From NCBI GenBank assembly GCA_002269645.1, contig NIVC01000978.1:330026-394025 (forward strand): 64,000 nucleotides of DNA, read 5' to 3'. This DNA is from Macrostomum lignano. Taxonomy: Eukaryota. Below, piece by piece: positions 11,301 to 22,856 of the stretch (position 1 is its first letter; every line of letters starts with the position of its first letter). A model generated the notes under the pieces. The model made no database searches, was not told where the DNA came from, and worked only from the letters and a program-made list of their open reading frames with translations. Made by a program: the position numbers and the translations under genes.

Positions 11301-13528
11301 GGCGACTCGGACCTGGAGGACTCGGAGCCGTCGGACTCTCGCTTCCACGACAGCGGCTTGCAGACGCAGCGGAGAAAGCAGAGACTTGTGGTGGACCAGC
11401 TGGCCAAGTACAAGCTGACGGGCGGCAGCGGCAGGCAGACAGTTTATCCCGTGTCCGTGCTGCGCCAGCGCTTCCCCCTCGATGGCGACTCGGAGCAGAT
11501 CAGCCAGCTCAACAAAGACTACGAGGCGCAGTACCAGGTGATGGTGGCAGCGCTCAAGGACTGCCTACTGGAGACTGGACGAAGTCGGATGGAGCTGGCC
11601 CTCTCTACACTCTTCCTGGTGTCCGTGCGCACATTCGACGCCTTCACTCGAGACTCCGGCGCCGAGGCGGAGGAAGGAGCCCAGCTGGCCGAGCAGGCCT
11701 CTAAGGAGCGCATCCTGCAGAGCTTCCGAGACACCAAAACCAAGCTGAAAGAGTGCAAATCGAAATTTCTACAGGAGCTGACGGATATCCACAAGCGCAG
11801 CGAGAAGGCCATTATTGACGAGTGCCGACGACTGGAGTTCGGGCCGCTGCGGTTGTACAGCAGGATCAGGAACAACGAGGTTGAGCAGCAATACCGGGAG
11901 CAGATTAATAACTACGTGTTGCACCTGCTCAATGTGGAGATTCAAGAGTCGCTTGAAAGACAGATCAACGATCTGAGGACGGTGCTGTTCAACGAGGTTG
12001 AAAAGCTTAAAAAGATGTTCTCGAACGCGTCGAAAGACCAGCCGTCAAGTCCTTGGCAGGATCTAATTCGTACTCACGCCGACGAGCTCGTCATGAACAT
12101 TGTTAAGCTTAATTTTAGCGTCGAATGGAAATCCGAGGCCGGCTTCATCAAATGGGTCAGGAAGCTGTGGACGGCCGCCACGGTCAACAAGAACAAAGGC
12201 GTGAACCCCAACACTCCCGAGTGGAAGAGCGAAGTGGCCAAAGAGTTCTACTCGAGCATCGATCTGAACGCAGTGGTTCGCCGGATGTTCGCAGGCGTGG
12301 ACTACACGCTGAAGCAGGCCGAGGCCTGTCTGCTCAACCTGTCCCAGTCGCGGCACAAGTTTGCCGCCAAACTGCAGAAACTGCTGGCCAAAGAGAGTCC
12401 AGCCGCGCGCAGCGTGTGGCTGAGCGTCCAGTTCTGCTTAGTGTCCGCTGAAGCACTTCGAAACGTTCAAGCCTACGGCCACCTGCCGTCCGCGAACCTG
12501 ACGGAGCCAATCGCGTCCACCTGCCTGGGCCAACTTTGCCACTTAACCAGCGGCTACGCCAAATTTGAGCGCACACAGGACTCCGGCATTGGCGTCACAG
12601 TGACGCAGCTTTGTAGCAGCGCTGGAGGGGGTCCGGACAACTCGGGGATTGGCTCAACGCTTTGCCTCGGCGGCATCCCGAATCACCATCTGATGAAGGG
12701 CAATGTAGTTAGAAACCAGCGCTGCGTGGCCATCACTCTGATGGTCACGTTCAACGACAAGTTCGAGCTGTGCGTACTGCATTCCGCGTACAACAGTTCG
12801 CTGCAAGATTTCATCGAGGCTGAGCAGGGCCGGGCGTACACCAAACTGCAAGGCTTTAAAATGATAAAAGATTTGCTGCAAATCTGGAAACTCTTCGGCC
12901 AGGAGACCGCCACTCTGCCCTGGTCGTTGACGCCGAAAAATCTCAAGGTTTGTAGTTTAATTTTTCCTGGAAAGTCTGCGAGAAGCAGATGCTCAGTCAA
13001 GAGTAAACGGTTTACCAGAAAGGTCGTTAGGGCTTTTAGATGTCAGAGTTTCTATTGTCCAACTGTCATATGAATTTCTCGTATTGTGTCCCCAAACTCC
13101 AGACGTCCCACCGACCTGGCGCATCGATTGTCTACGACTACCTGGAGAGCCCGCTGCCGACCCTGCGGAAGGGCCACACATTCGGCGGCCTGCTGTTCAC
13201 TAAATCCGAGTCCGAGGTTCGCGTCCAAAAGCAGGAAACGGAGTTGAACAACCTGCTGCAGGTGACCTTAATGATCCTGGTCCGTAGCCCCGTACAGTTC
13301 GAGCCCGACGAACTCGACCGGATCGCCGAGCGTGAGCACCCGCAGGAGCGTCACCGCGAGTTCAAAGCTTACATTGTGTCGCAGATTAGCGGTCTGAAGC
13401 ATTCGCGCGAACTCGACCCGATCCCGGCCGACACGATCGCGAACCTCTGGCACACGGCCGCTGAACGCAAAGTCCGCGACATCGAGGAATGGATCGAGAG
13501 GGGAATCAAGAAGTGGCAGAATTGTTGA
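5353..13528 (+). CDS. DSTYK-like protein: dynamin/mitofusin-type P-loop domain, helical region and degenerate C-terminal kinase-like domain; 6 exons
   Basis: Phase-consistent GT-AG model: 5353-5413, 7147-7314, 7403-7968, 8549-8791, 11199-12947, 13103-13528 (phases 1,1,0,0,0). Motifs: LLVLGGKGSGKSSVINGILG (G1), FLEIPG (G3-like) and FFVINKVD (G4). The C-terminus follows kinase-fold spacing (LTPKNL matches the IKLKNV position). Exons 1-2 are inferred only from splice signals and open frame. Confidence 0.75.
5545..6975. repeat. Homopurine array: about 20-bp GAGTGAGATGGAGAGACCGG units followed by about 100 copies of 12-bp GAGAGAAGGGGA
   Basis: Read directly from the sequence. It lies in intron 1 of the DSTYK-like gene and explains the ERRG/EKGR/SPSL ORFs. 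Confidence 0.95.
7981..8420. repeat. 21-bp minisatellite (GTGTCTATGGCTTTTGTGGCT), about 20 copies
   Basis: Starts 12 nt after the donor at 7969. It gives the VSMAFVA repeat ORF. Confidence 0.95.
9154..9418 (-). mobile_element. tRNA-headed SINE, type B, with CORE/MIR-like central domain
   Basis: Minus strand has B-box GGTTCGAATCCC followed by TTGTGTCCTTAAGCAAGACACTTAACTCTGCATTG...CAGCTG..AAATGGGTA, which resembles the CORE domain. Sister copies are at 47492 and 53465. Confidence 0.8.
9519..10800 (+). mobile_element. Dispersed non-coding element (CAGGGGCG-starting, probably non-autonomous DNA transposon) carrying an expanded 21-bp array
   Basis: The flanks CAGGGGCGTC..GGATTTTATGGTGGGGGGACAAAGCCAAGAATTC and CCCTGA.GAAAAATTATTGATTT are shared with the copy at 46026-46250. 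No right-hand TIR was identified. Confidence 0.6.
9637..10730. repeat. 21-bp minisatellite (ACTCATTTTGGCGCCGCAGGC and ATTCCTTCTAGCGCCACAGGC variants), about 52 copies
   Basis: Read directly from the sequence. It gives the MSACGAK/THFGAAG ORFs. Confidence 0.95.
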
Positions 13529-14554
13529 GCAGTGATCACTGTCAGACTTGAGCACGCTCTTGATTATGGATGAGTCTGAAATTACGTAGTGCTTGTTCAA
13601 CATTTTTTTTACCTAGAGAGTCATTCATTATCTGCGCGGTCTATCTGATTGCGCCCACCGATTGGTGTGTGTTAACTTAATGTTTTATTGTGACGTAATT
13701 GCTCGATTTTACGTGCAAATTCTTATCGATTTTGATTTCGAATCAGTTTAATTCCACAAATCATGATTTACCAGTTGCAAGTTGCAAAGAAACCCTCAGT
13801 AAAACGGTGTCATTAGACTGAACTCATCTGAGTTTCATCTTGCCTTAGGAATTCTTAATTCGTATCTGTTGCAATCCAGTGACAAGAATAATTCTGAACC
13901 TCTTTTTAGATTCAAACCCTTTTTCCTGAATATTGAACTCAAGATCGAGACGAAATTAAAATAAAATTTGCTTTAACAACTCACAAGAGTCAGTGAGAGA
14001 TTTGCTAAGCTATGCAGTTCTATTATTTCAAACCTTGAATTCGATTTAGCCATTCGGTCCATTTTGACCTTCGATCATGTTTGTTTAGTGTGATACCGTT
14101 TTTCAATTTACACACAACATCAGAAATGGTCTCGCTTAAAAAAGCAGATCTTTAATGTAAAATTTCGTTTTCAAAACTTCATTTACGAATAAAACTCTTC
14201 AACAACTTTTCAAGATGGGCTTATCCAAAGACTGCCGCTTTGAAGTATTGTAAATTCAATTAGTAAGTTGTGGAGAATTTCATATTTCAGCTTTAAAATA
14301 AACAAAAGAGTTTTAAAAACGGTAGCTGAAAAAGCAAGTTATGCTAGATCTGAAACTAAGCATGCAGACAACTTGAGATGGCGCACAACCAGTGTCGAAG
14401 GGAAATGGGCCACGAAAAGGAAAGCGGAGCCGTTAATTCAACTTTCCTTTTTGATTGGTAAGATGGTTGCAACTTCAGGCTATTTCTGTTTCGACAGTCA
14501 ATGGAACTTTTTTATTGGAGACAGGCGGTGTGACCTTGAGCAGGCACACAAGCG

Positions 14555-14768
14555 CGCGGATACGCACGCAGTCATACGCACAGGCACACACTCACACTGG
14601 AGTGTACATCGGCCCTAACTTTATTTACCGTTAGGCATGTACACTTCATTGCACGAGCAGAGCCAAGCCGAGATTCCAATTTAACCCCAAATTTAATGCG
14701 ACTTTGAATCGAGCTTGGGCCGCTGGCACATTAGCACTCCGCGCTCGACCACTAGGGTGCGGCCCCCC
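14555..14768 (-). mobile_element. tRNA-headed SINE, type A
   Basis: Minus strand GGGGGCCGCACCCTAGTGGTCGAGCG (A-box-like) and GCTCGATTC (B-box-like). The body matches 18950-19190 and 821-1025. Confidence 0.8.
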
Positions 14769-14802
14769 AATGTAACTTATATAAGCCATAATGCCGCAAT
14801 CT

Positions 14803-15490
14803 CAACAACAATAACAACAACAACAATAACAACAACAACAATAACAACAACAATAACAACAACAACAACAACAACAACAACAAAATACGCGTTCAGCGTC
14901 ACAGGGCGCGCCTCAAGGCCAAGTCGCGAATGAACGCCACGTCGCCAGCCGAATCCGGGGCGCCGGCGTCAGCCAGCAGGCAGACGGTGCCTGCAACGGT
15001 GCCTGCAGCGTCAGCAGCAGCACCTGCTGCATCGGCTCTGTGCAGTACAACTCGGCGCGGATGATGTGGCCTGCCAGCTGGAGTCGCCGACGGCGCAACA
15101 GGTCGCTTGGACGGACCAGGCCGGTGCGGTGATACAAAGCCGCGTTAGTCACTCGCTCGTAGCCGATCTTGAAGGCAGCGCGCAGCTGGCCAGCGTGCGC
15201 CGCGTCAACTTGTTGCTCGAGCGACTCCGTCAGCGTCCAGGTCTCGGCGTTGTATAGCAGGACGGTCTCGATCACCGCCTAGAACAACGCCTTTCTCTGG
15301 TCTCGGACTGCAGGACTGCCCTCACAGAACGAAAGGCAGCCCAGGCAAGCCCGCGGCGACGCCGCAAATCCCCGCGGACGCCGGGAACCAGACCGCTGAG
15401 GTAGACGAACTGCTGAGAACGCGGAAGCTCTGTCGCCTGTCCATCAGCGCCTCGGCACAAAATCGCAGCCTCGATGTCGTCCGGCACGCA
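14803..15490 (-). mobile_element. 5'-truncated non-LTR retrotransposon (RTE-like) RT C-terminus with (TTG/TTA)n tail
   Basis: Frameshifted ORFs 15272-15487 (FVYLSG...AWAAF) and 14913-15275 (VLLYNAETWTL...RRRRLQLAGHIIR) match the end of RTE-type RT. A microsatellite tail lies at 14803-14882. A possible 10-bp TSD is CGCAATCTCA (14795) / CGCAATATCA (15494). Confidence 0.8.
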
Positions 15491-15833
15491 GAGCGCAATA
15501 TCAGAAACATAAACTTGAAATCAACAAGCTAATACGAGCTATTTACCCATTTTTAATCCTTAGCGGAGTTTAATCTTTAATCCTAAGGACAGCTAACTTC
15601 ATGTCGACTAAAACCAGACGCAACGAATATTTTCGCAGCATTTACATGTAAGCCCAACGAGACTATTTCCACAGGTGAGCTTTATGAAGTTTACTCGTGG
15701 ACAGCCTAAGGTGAAGCGTAAAGGTGCTCGCTGTTTTTGATCAAGTTCTCGCGGCCAATTTTGGGCATCAACTAATTAGGCATGTATATAAATAAGTAAA
15801 TGAAACAAAACCGTAATTAGCGAAGTAAAATGT

Positions 15834-15839
15834 TTTATT
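15834..15839 (-). terminator. Putative polyadenylation signal (AATAAA) of the protease gene
   Basis: TTTATT on the + strand about 130 nt downstream of the stop codon. Support is position only. Confidence 0.4.
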
Positions 15840-15970
15840 TATTATATACTCTTTTCCTCTAGTATATATTAGCCGTGATTGGAATTAACGGCTGCATCAA
15901 TTAGCTATAATTCAACCTGGTGGTTCACATTCTCTATATCGATGGTCAATGCACCGCTCTCCAAGCCAGC

Positions 15971-16789
15971 TTAGGTGTACCGGTTGATGAAGCTGGCGTA
16001 GCGCACAACATTGGCATACAGGGAGGTGGTGGAGCTGATGCCAGAGTTCACGCCCAGCTGGTAGTAGGTGCTGCCGCTCTTGTACACCATCGGGCCGCCG
16101 CTGTCGCCGAAGTAGATGGAGTTGGGCTGGCGGGAGCTGCAGAAGTAGGCGGATCCGCAGCCAGACCGGGTCAGTGTGGTCTCGGCGTAGTTCAGAACGT
16201 TTGAAATGCCGTTGTGGTCGCCGCCGAAGCCCATGCTGATGATGGGGGTGCCGGCACCGGGCTCGGAGCTGCTGAACAGCGCGATCGGCTGGACATTGGT
16301 GTTGAAGGCGATGTCGCTGCTGGTCTTCAGGACGGCCAGATCGTAGTCGCGAACGACGGCGCAGCCGCTGCCGGTGGGGTAGCCGGGGTAGATGTAGGTG
16401 TTGGACACCCGGTAGCTGGTGCCACGGCCAGCGCGGACGGTGCCGACCTGTCAAAGAGTCACGCGAACAGCTGCTTGAAAGCTTCTAAATATATGCTGCC
16501 AGCTGGAACTAAGGAACTCAAGCACTACAAATTCTTACTCAATACAAGTTACTCCGCCGTATCAATTTTACTGTTGACTCACCTCAACGCTGCTCGGCGC
16601 CCGGTTGCAGACGCAGTGAGCGGCAGTCAGAATGGTTCTCTTGTTGAGAACAGAGGCGGAGCAGCCGGAGATCTTGGCCATCCAGGGGAATTGGCCCAAC
16701 CTGGCATTCTGTCCGTTGAGGATGTAGCTGTCCAGAGGGTTGGCAGCAGCCACCGCCAGCAGGCAGGCGAGCGCAATCAGAAACTTCAT
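15971..16789 (-). CDS. Secreted chymotrypsin-fold (S1A) serine protease, 2 exons
   Basis: Exons 16789-16583 and 16447-15971 (phase 0, GTGAGT...ACAG). Signal peptide MKFLIALACLLAVAAA, activation site ILNG, and triad motifs TAAHC, DYDLAVL and GDSGGP. Confidence 0.92.
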
Positions 16790-17454
16790 TTCCGGTTTGA
16801 TTGAACCAGTGTGCGACACCGAGATTGAAGAACGAACCGATTCACTGTTGCTGTTCGAATTGCTTCTCCCAGCCACACGCAGGCATATTTATTTAGAAAT
16901 TGCCGACGTGAGGAAAGCAGGTTTTCGCTTGGGAACAAAGCACGCGTCAACGGCGACAACTTTGCAATTCAGATAAGCTGCTTGCAATAGCTCAATTGTG
17001 CTATTCGAATTTTCTATTGAAGCATTGTAACGGCCCATGGCTTACATTGGATAAATTTTTAACACTCTTATCGCTGGTTCGAGTAGCGCGTGCGCTTCTC
17101 GGTTCGTTTTTCGAAACGTTTCCCAGCTTTTGATTGAATAAGCGAATACAGTTTGCGTGTGTTTTGAATTTTTGCTGAATAATGCTCGTAGCTTTGAAGT
17201 TGATGGTTTCTGCAGAGTTTAAACATTCTGCTTTTTATAGAATTCTGCTATTAATGTTCAATTTTTAAGTTAGCTTTCGCGTGTCCATCTCATCTTATTC
17301 TAATTCGGTGCATGGAAAACAAAAGTACATGTATATTTCACATTATGGCATGCGTCCTATTTGTGATTTCTGTGTTTTATTTAACTTAGACTGGTGCGGA
17401 GGAGCAACATCAGCCCCAGAATCGTGGAACATATGCTAGGCCCATGGGCTTGTG

Positions 17455-17580
17455 ATCGAAGCAAATAGACAAAGGTGAACACCCAAAGGACATTGCGATA
17501 TTGTTGAATATAAAAGAAAAGACGGTTTACAGCATCCGTCAGCGCGTTGAAACCACTGCAGCAGAGATCCTCTGCGAAGG
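17455..17580 (+). mobile_element. Possible degenerate Tc1/IS630-type transposase HTH remnant
   Basis: Manual translation with one frameshift gives LVIEA.DKGEHPKDIAILLNIKEKTVYSIRQR, which resembles a paired-like transposase HTH. No TIRs or DDE motif were found. Confidence 0.3.
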
Positions 17581-18626
17581 GGCGGCAATCGCCAAAGCAA
17601 GTTGCCTAATGAATATCTAATGGTCTATTTTCGATTCGCTGATGGATGGAGAGCTGAGCCATAAACTAAATTTCATGAGAAGAAGGCGAGAAAGAAATTG
17701 TTCACTTTAATATGGGGCGAGGGTCTCGAGGCGAGCGAAGCCATTACATGCAACCCCTGACTTTCTGACCACAGAATGCGCATTATAAGGCCATTATCTT
17801 ATACTCTCGTAATTGTAATTCAACCCTTTGTTGTGAAGGCCGACCTACAACTGAAAGCTACAGCTTCCAAGATCATCCAGGGAAGTGGCTCGGTGAAGCG
17901 GCGTTGTGCAAATGCGAAAGCAGACCTAGAGAAATTGCGCGTCTACTTTGACAAGAGTGGACCGGTAAAATTGCAACAGGAAATGTACTTTGTGTTGGCA
18001 TTTCAACTCTGGACTGCGAGGACGCAAATGGCTCCGTAAGCTGAAGGTAAGTTAAATGAGATGTACAACCTATGGGGCGATGCGCATTTAGACTGGCACC
18101 TATGAAGACAAAAAAATGTCCGTGGAAGTTTAGAGACGCGGACTTCAGAAGATCGGAAGCAGAGCGTGCTTATTGCAAAGTTTGAAAGCAGATGTCCCAA
18201 TGAGTGCGTGAATCTCTACCTGAAGAAGATTGAAGAGGCGAAGAGCAAAGGCTTGATCCGCATACCTCTAAATACCCGTCCAGAATGATGCAATCAACAA
18301 AGCACGTCGAGCCTCTCTTTGCTCTCTGGATTAACCATGGCCACATTTTATTCCACACAAACCACATATCGACAAAATACAGCATTCATGAACACATTGG
18401 TATATTTATTTAATCAATAGAACAAACTTACTATTTACTACGAGCATTAGAGCTGATAAGTAAGCTAACTACTTCTATTCAAGAAGTTAGCTTAAGAATT
18501 CTAGAAGAACAATACATATTTGGGGAAGTCAGCAGAAAGTGCTCCATACATATGCACATACAGTACACTGATAAGCAAATGCTCTGACGATCTGGCAAAT
18601 CAATTAGAGTTCTACCCATACGAGTA

Positions 18627-21600
18627 TCAGGTGCAGAACGCCTTGGACACGGTGCAGGCGTCGCAGACAACTCGAAACGGTTGCCGCAGCAGCCGGCAAG
18701 TCTTCCTCTTGCACTCCGGATGCGTGCCTGGGTAAGTGACCGAGCGAACGCTGTACGGCCTGCCGCAGCACATCACGCTGCAGAGAACCTCCCTGCGGTA
18801 CTGGCTGCTGTCTTCACTTGGCAGGCCCTTCAGCAGGCTCTGACCGACAGGCGTGTTATCTGGGAGGCACTCTCTGTGACGGGTTAGGCAGTGTGACAAT
18901 GCTAGATTGTTGAACAAGTTCAACTCAGCCACGTACTAAACAAATGAGCGCGCGGATACGTACGCAGGCACACTCACACATGAGTGTACAATGGCCCTAA
19001 CTTTATATTATCGTTAGGCATGTACACTTCACTGCGCCTTGCGGGGTTGGCTCTCAAGGCCGTTAATTGCACGAGCAGAGCCAAGCCGAGATTCCAATTC
19101 AGCCCCAAATTAATGTGACTGCACTTGGAATCGAGCCTGGGTCGCTGGCACACCAGAGCAGCTGCGCTACCGCTGGGCTACGGCCCCCTATGTATCAAGG
19201 ACTACTCAAGTAGAAAGTTTTCAAGCCTGGCGCACCTTCCATGCGTGACGGAGCAGTAATCCAGCGAGTGTTCATGAAATAGTAAAAGCGTCTTCTTTGG
19301 CAGCCCTTTGACAATCCGGTGACCAATGCATCGGGGACCAAGCGACAGAGGGTTCGTTGGCTGATGGTTACCGAAAGCGGCGTCCGGACAGAGCTCCTCG
19401 TATCCTGCGTAGCCTGAGCGATCGAATATGGCCCTGCGCATCTGGTGCTTGAAGTGAGGGACGAATTTTCGGAGGTGATTATAGCTGCCATTTCTGATGC
19501 AGAGTGACAAGAGCCGCGGATCTCTACAGGCGGATCAGTACAGATGCAGACTGACAAGATCATAAAGCCCCGGATCTCTGCATACGGATCAGTACAGATG
19601 CAGAGTGACAAGATCATAGAGCCGCGGATCTCTCAGGCGAATCAGTAAATATGCAGACTGACAAGATCACAGAGCCGGATCTCTGTGCATGCGGATCAGT
19701 ACAGATGCAGAGTGACAAGATCATAGAGCCCTGGATCTCTGCATGCGGGTCAGTACAGATGCAGACTGACAAGATCATAGAGCCCCAGATCTCTGCATGT
19801 GGATCAGTACAGATGCAAAGTGACAAGATCATAGAGCCCCAGATCTCTGCATGTGGATCAGTACAGATAGATGTAGAGTGACAAGATCATAGAGCCGGAT
19901 CTCTGCATGCGGATCAGTACAGATGCAGAGTGAAAAGATCATAGAGCCCCAGATCTCTGCATGTGGATCAGTACAGATAGATGTAGAGTGACAAGATCAT
20001 AGAGCAGGATCTCTGCATGCGGATCAGTACAGATGCAGAGTGACAAGATCATAGAGCCCCGGATCTCTGCATGCGGATCAGTACAGATAGATGTAGAGTG
20101 ACAAGATCATAGAGCAGGATCTCTGCATGCGGATCAGTACAGATGCAGAGTGACAAGATCATAGAGCGGGATCTCTGCATGCGGATCAGTACAGATAGAT
20201 GTAGAGTGACAAGATCATAGAGCCCCGGATCTCTGCATGCGGATCAGTACAGATAGATGTAGAGTGACAAGATCATAGAGCCGGATCTCTGCATATGGGT
20301 CAAGTCACAACTCCAAAACCGAAAAAAACTATCACTGTCACTCACCGTGTCATAAATTCGCATCAAAACGTCCAAAGGATTTTTCCCAGTCCTATGAAAC
20401 AGACTACCAGCCAGGAGCAGGGGCTTCTCCTGCTGCTGATTCTCCAGCTGCTGCCACCAGGAGCCTCCGACAGCTCCGTAGTGCAGCACTCGATGACAGG
20501 TGCGCACAGAACAGGCTGCACTAGTGCCGTGGCATTTGCACCTCACTGCCTCGGCGTGTCGAGTCGCCCTTATCCCGACCTGATAGTTGTGACCGTTCAC
20601 CAGCTCAGTGAACTGCTCGAAGGCTTCCTCTACTGGCACGTCTGTCGATGTTGATGACCAAGAAGGCGTCTTTAAGCTTCGTTTAAGTCGACCAAGCGAC
20701 AGGAATTTTCTGGCCAGATGGGTTCCAGCTCGAAGGCTCCTGTCGCAACCGTTGGACTTGAAACTGTCAAGCCGGAAGCCGGCGGGAAGTTTGGCAGCAA
20801 GCCAGCGAGGCGGCGCAACTGCAGTGGCCGCTGAACTCTGCTGACGGCCCCGGCATGAGCACCGGCTGATGCGTCCTTTGGCGCACTCCCCCGCCATGGT
20901 GAGGGTCAGGACGAAGCCGGACAGAGCTCGGACCATGGCGTGCTCCGCTGTCACTGGAAATGCATGAGGCTAATGTACATATGCATACAACTATGCTTTT
21001 GACTCAGCAGCTCAGCGGTAAACTAATCTGGCTCTCTCGGGCTGCGACCCCTGGTTCGATTCAACACGAAAATTGACCGATATAGGTTGTCGTTAGATTC
21101 ACAACCCATTAGGGCCGACCCCCAGGACACAGAGACTGTACATGCCTGACGATTAGAAAGTCAGGGTCGCTGTACACCCTGAGTGAGCGTGTGCATGAGT
21201 GCGTGCATCGGTAGGAGTCACCGAAGGCGTTACGTCAGGATGCGCAAATTAATGCGAGCGTATTATTATTAGGTACCTAATTAATGCTTCTGTAGTTGAA
21301 CCGAACTACGAGTAATCTAATATTGCAGGTTGTTCCTCAGCAATGTCTCCAGAAATATTCACGACAAACTATAAAATTACCGTTGAAATATTGAACTGTA
21401 TTTGACAGTTTCAGCAGAACTTACGCGCTTGCAGCTCCGGCGACAGTCGCGGCAGCTGGTGCAGCGAGCTGCAGTTCCAGCGGCAGTGCCGAAACTGCAG
21501 GCCGCACAGAGACACGGTGGCTTTGGCAGCTTCGGTCAGCGCCGCCAGTGCAGCCGGGCTCTGAGCCGATCGCTGGCAGAACCGCGCCTGAGCCCGGCTG

Positions 21601-21678
21601 AAGATCCGGTGCCGCCGCATAGCCGAGCAGGTGGAGGCGCCGCTGCTTGATGACGGCCTGTCCAGCTTGTGCAGGGCT
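18627..21678 (-). CDS. wnt: Divergent Wnt-family ligand; signal-peptide exon not located
   Basis: Exons 21678-21425, 20953-20346, 19441-19236 and 18873-18627 are phase-consistent (1,0,2). Motifs: CGLQFRHCRWNCS, ECAKGRISRCSC, HNYQVG, CKCHGTSAACSVRTC, SLDYC and CCGRPY. The 19441 acceptor is the least certain. Subfamily is not assigned. Confidence 0.88.
18950..19190 (-). mobile_element. tRNA-headed SINE, type A (CpG-intact copy)
   Basis: Minus strand GGGGGCCGTAGCCCAGCGGTAGCG...GGCTCGATTCC. It aligns over about 200 bp to the 821 and 14555 copies. Confidence 0.85.
19500..20295. repeat. 52-58-bp minisatellite (GACAAGATCATAGAGCCCCGGATCTCTGCATGCGGATCAGTACAGATGCAGAGT), about 14 copies
   Basis: Read directly from the sequence. 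It fills almost the whole Wnt intron 19442-20345. Confidence 0.95.
21005..21235 (+). mobile_element. tRNA-headed SINE, type C
   Basis: CAGCTCAGCGGTAA...CCTGGTTCGATTC head and the body CACGAAAATTG...GTACATGCCTGACGATTAGAAAGTCAGGG..GCTGTACACCCTG are shared with 48397 and 53855. Confidence 0.75.
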
Positions 21679-21840
21679 CTGAGCGCGCGATAGTGTGTCG
21701 AAAAATTGAAAGATTACCAGTAAAAAATAGATTTTACCGAATTTCAGACAGATATCAGCAATTGATATATTTGTATTTGTATCTGGGGACAGGGGTGTCA
21801 AGGGAATTTCGGCATGCGGTGAGACTTCTTCCAGTCGTAT

Positions 21841-21912
21841 AACCCCTTGGTGCTGGCGGCCCTTGGTGCTGGCGGCCCTTGGTGCTGGCGCCCCTTGGTG
21901 CTGGCGCCCCCC
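21841..21912. repeat. Short 15-16-bp array (CCCTTGGTGCTGGCG), about 4 copies
   Basis: Same unit as the long array at 22857-23560. Confidence 0.85.
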
Positions 21913-22856
21913 CCCATCAGAAAATTCTTGCTTCAAGCTATGAAGTCCCAAAATAAAAATCCGAAACTTGTCAGTGAATTGTTTTCAATATTTTAAGCAA
22001 TAAAATGCTTGAATAATCAAGCTTACAGTTATAACTTACAGCCATTTGATCCCAAGGCAGTAATGTTGCTGAATTCCAATTGTTAAAAATATTATCAATA
22101 ATTTTTTAGCAACAGTCATATTGTTAGGCTTTGTTATCTGTGTTATTTAGCTAGAAACACAAAGGAAAAGATAAACACAAAGTTCTGAAACCTGATTCTC
22201 TTTCAGTTGCTTTGCGCTGTCTCTGCAATGGTCTGCTTACGTGTATATATATTCTTGAAAAATTATACGACCAATGGTGTCGGCGGCGCTGCCTTTTGAT
22301 CTCGCCGACTTGCTAGGATAGCACCTGAACAGTACGCCAAACTGTATAATTGCGCCCCCCTCTCTTCTTCTTTGTGACGCTGCTTCTAAAAGAAGAAAAC
22401 CTCGGACAAAGAGACAACCGTGTGCGTGCGGTCAAAAGTTCCAATTTCGGAATGGACACACGATCGCCAGCGCCAGGTTCCAACCGGGAATGCTTCATCC
22501 AGCACAAGTGGTGTTCAGCCTGCGCCCTATTGGTTTTTGGTTTACGAACGCAATAAATCATTCACTCGGTAAGGACGCGGGCCTCCGGGTTTAACGACTG
22601 AAGTCGCTGGCCGCGAGAGATGAAAGCTGCAGGGGGGAGGGGGTTTAGATTTGCCGACTTTGAAAAGTAAAGCTTAAGTGGAGCGAAGGTCTGATTGCCC
22701 GCCTACGCAGTCACCTGACGGGAATCCGTGATTTTTTCTTTCTAATAAAGAGACTGAGAGGGTGTTAATTATATCTAAACTCAATTTTTGATTGTCTACA
22801 CAAGAAATGGATCATACTTACATGTATAACGTCTTATTGAGAACTGAATGCTGAAG

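Noticed and set aside
19500-20295. Regularly repeated 52-58-bp units (also the 47-bp and 36-bp arrays) resembling CRISPR arrays
   Set aside because: The units are contiguous with no unique spacers, there are no cas genes, and the context is eukaryotic intron.
22313-22561. ORF as candidate first (signal peptide) exon of the Wnt gene
   Set aside because: It has no hydrophobic signal peptide. The frame that would give a phase-2 donor at about 22239 has no ATG before an upstream stop. Exon 1 is left unresolved.
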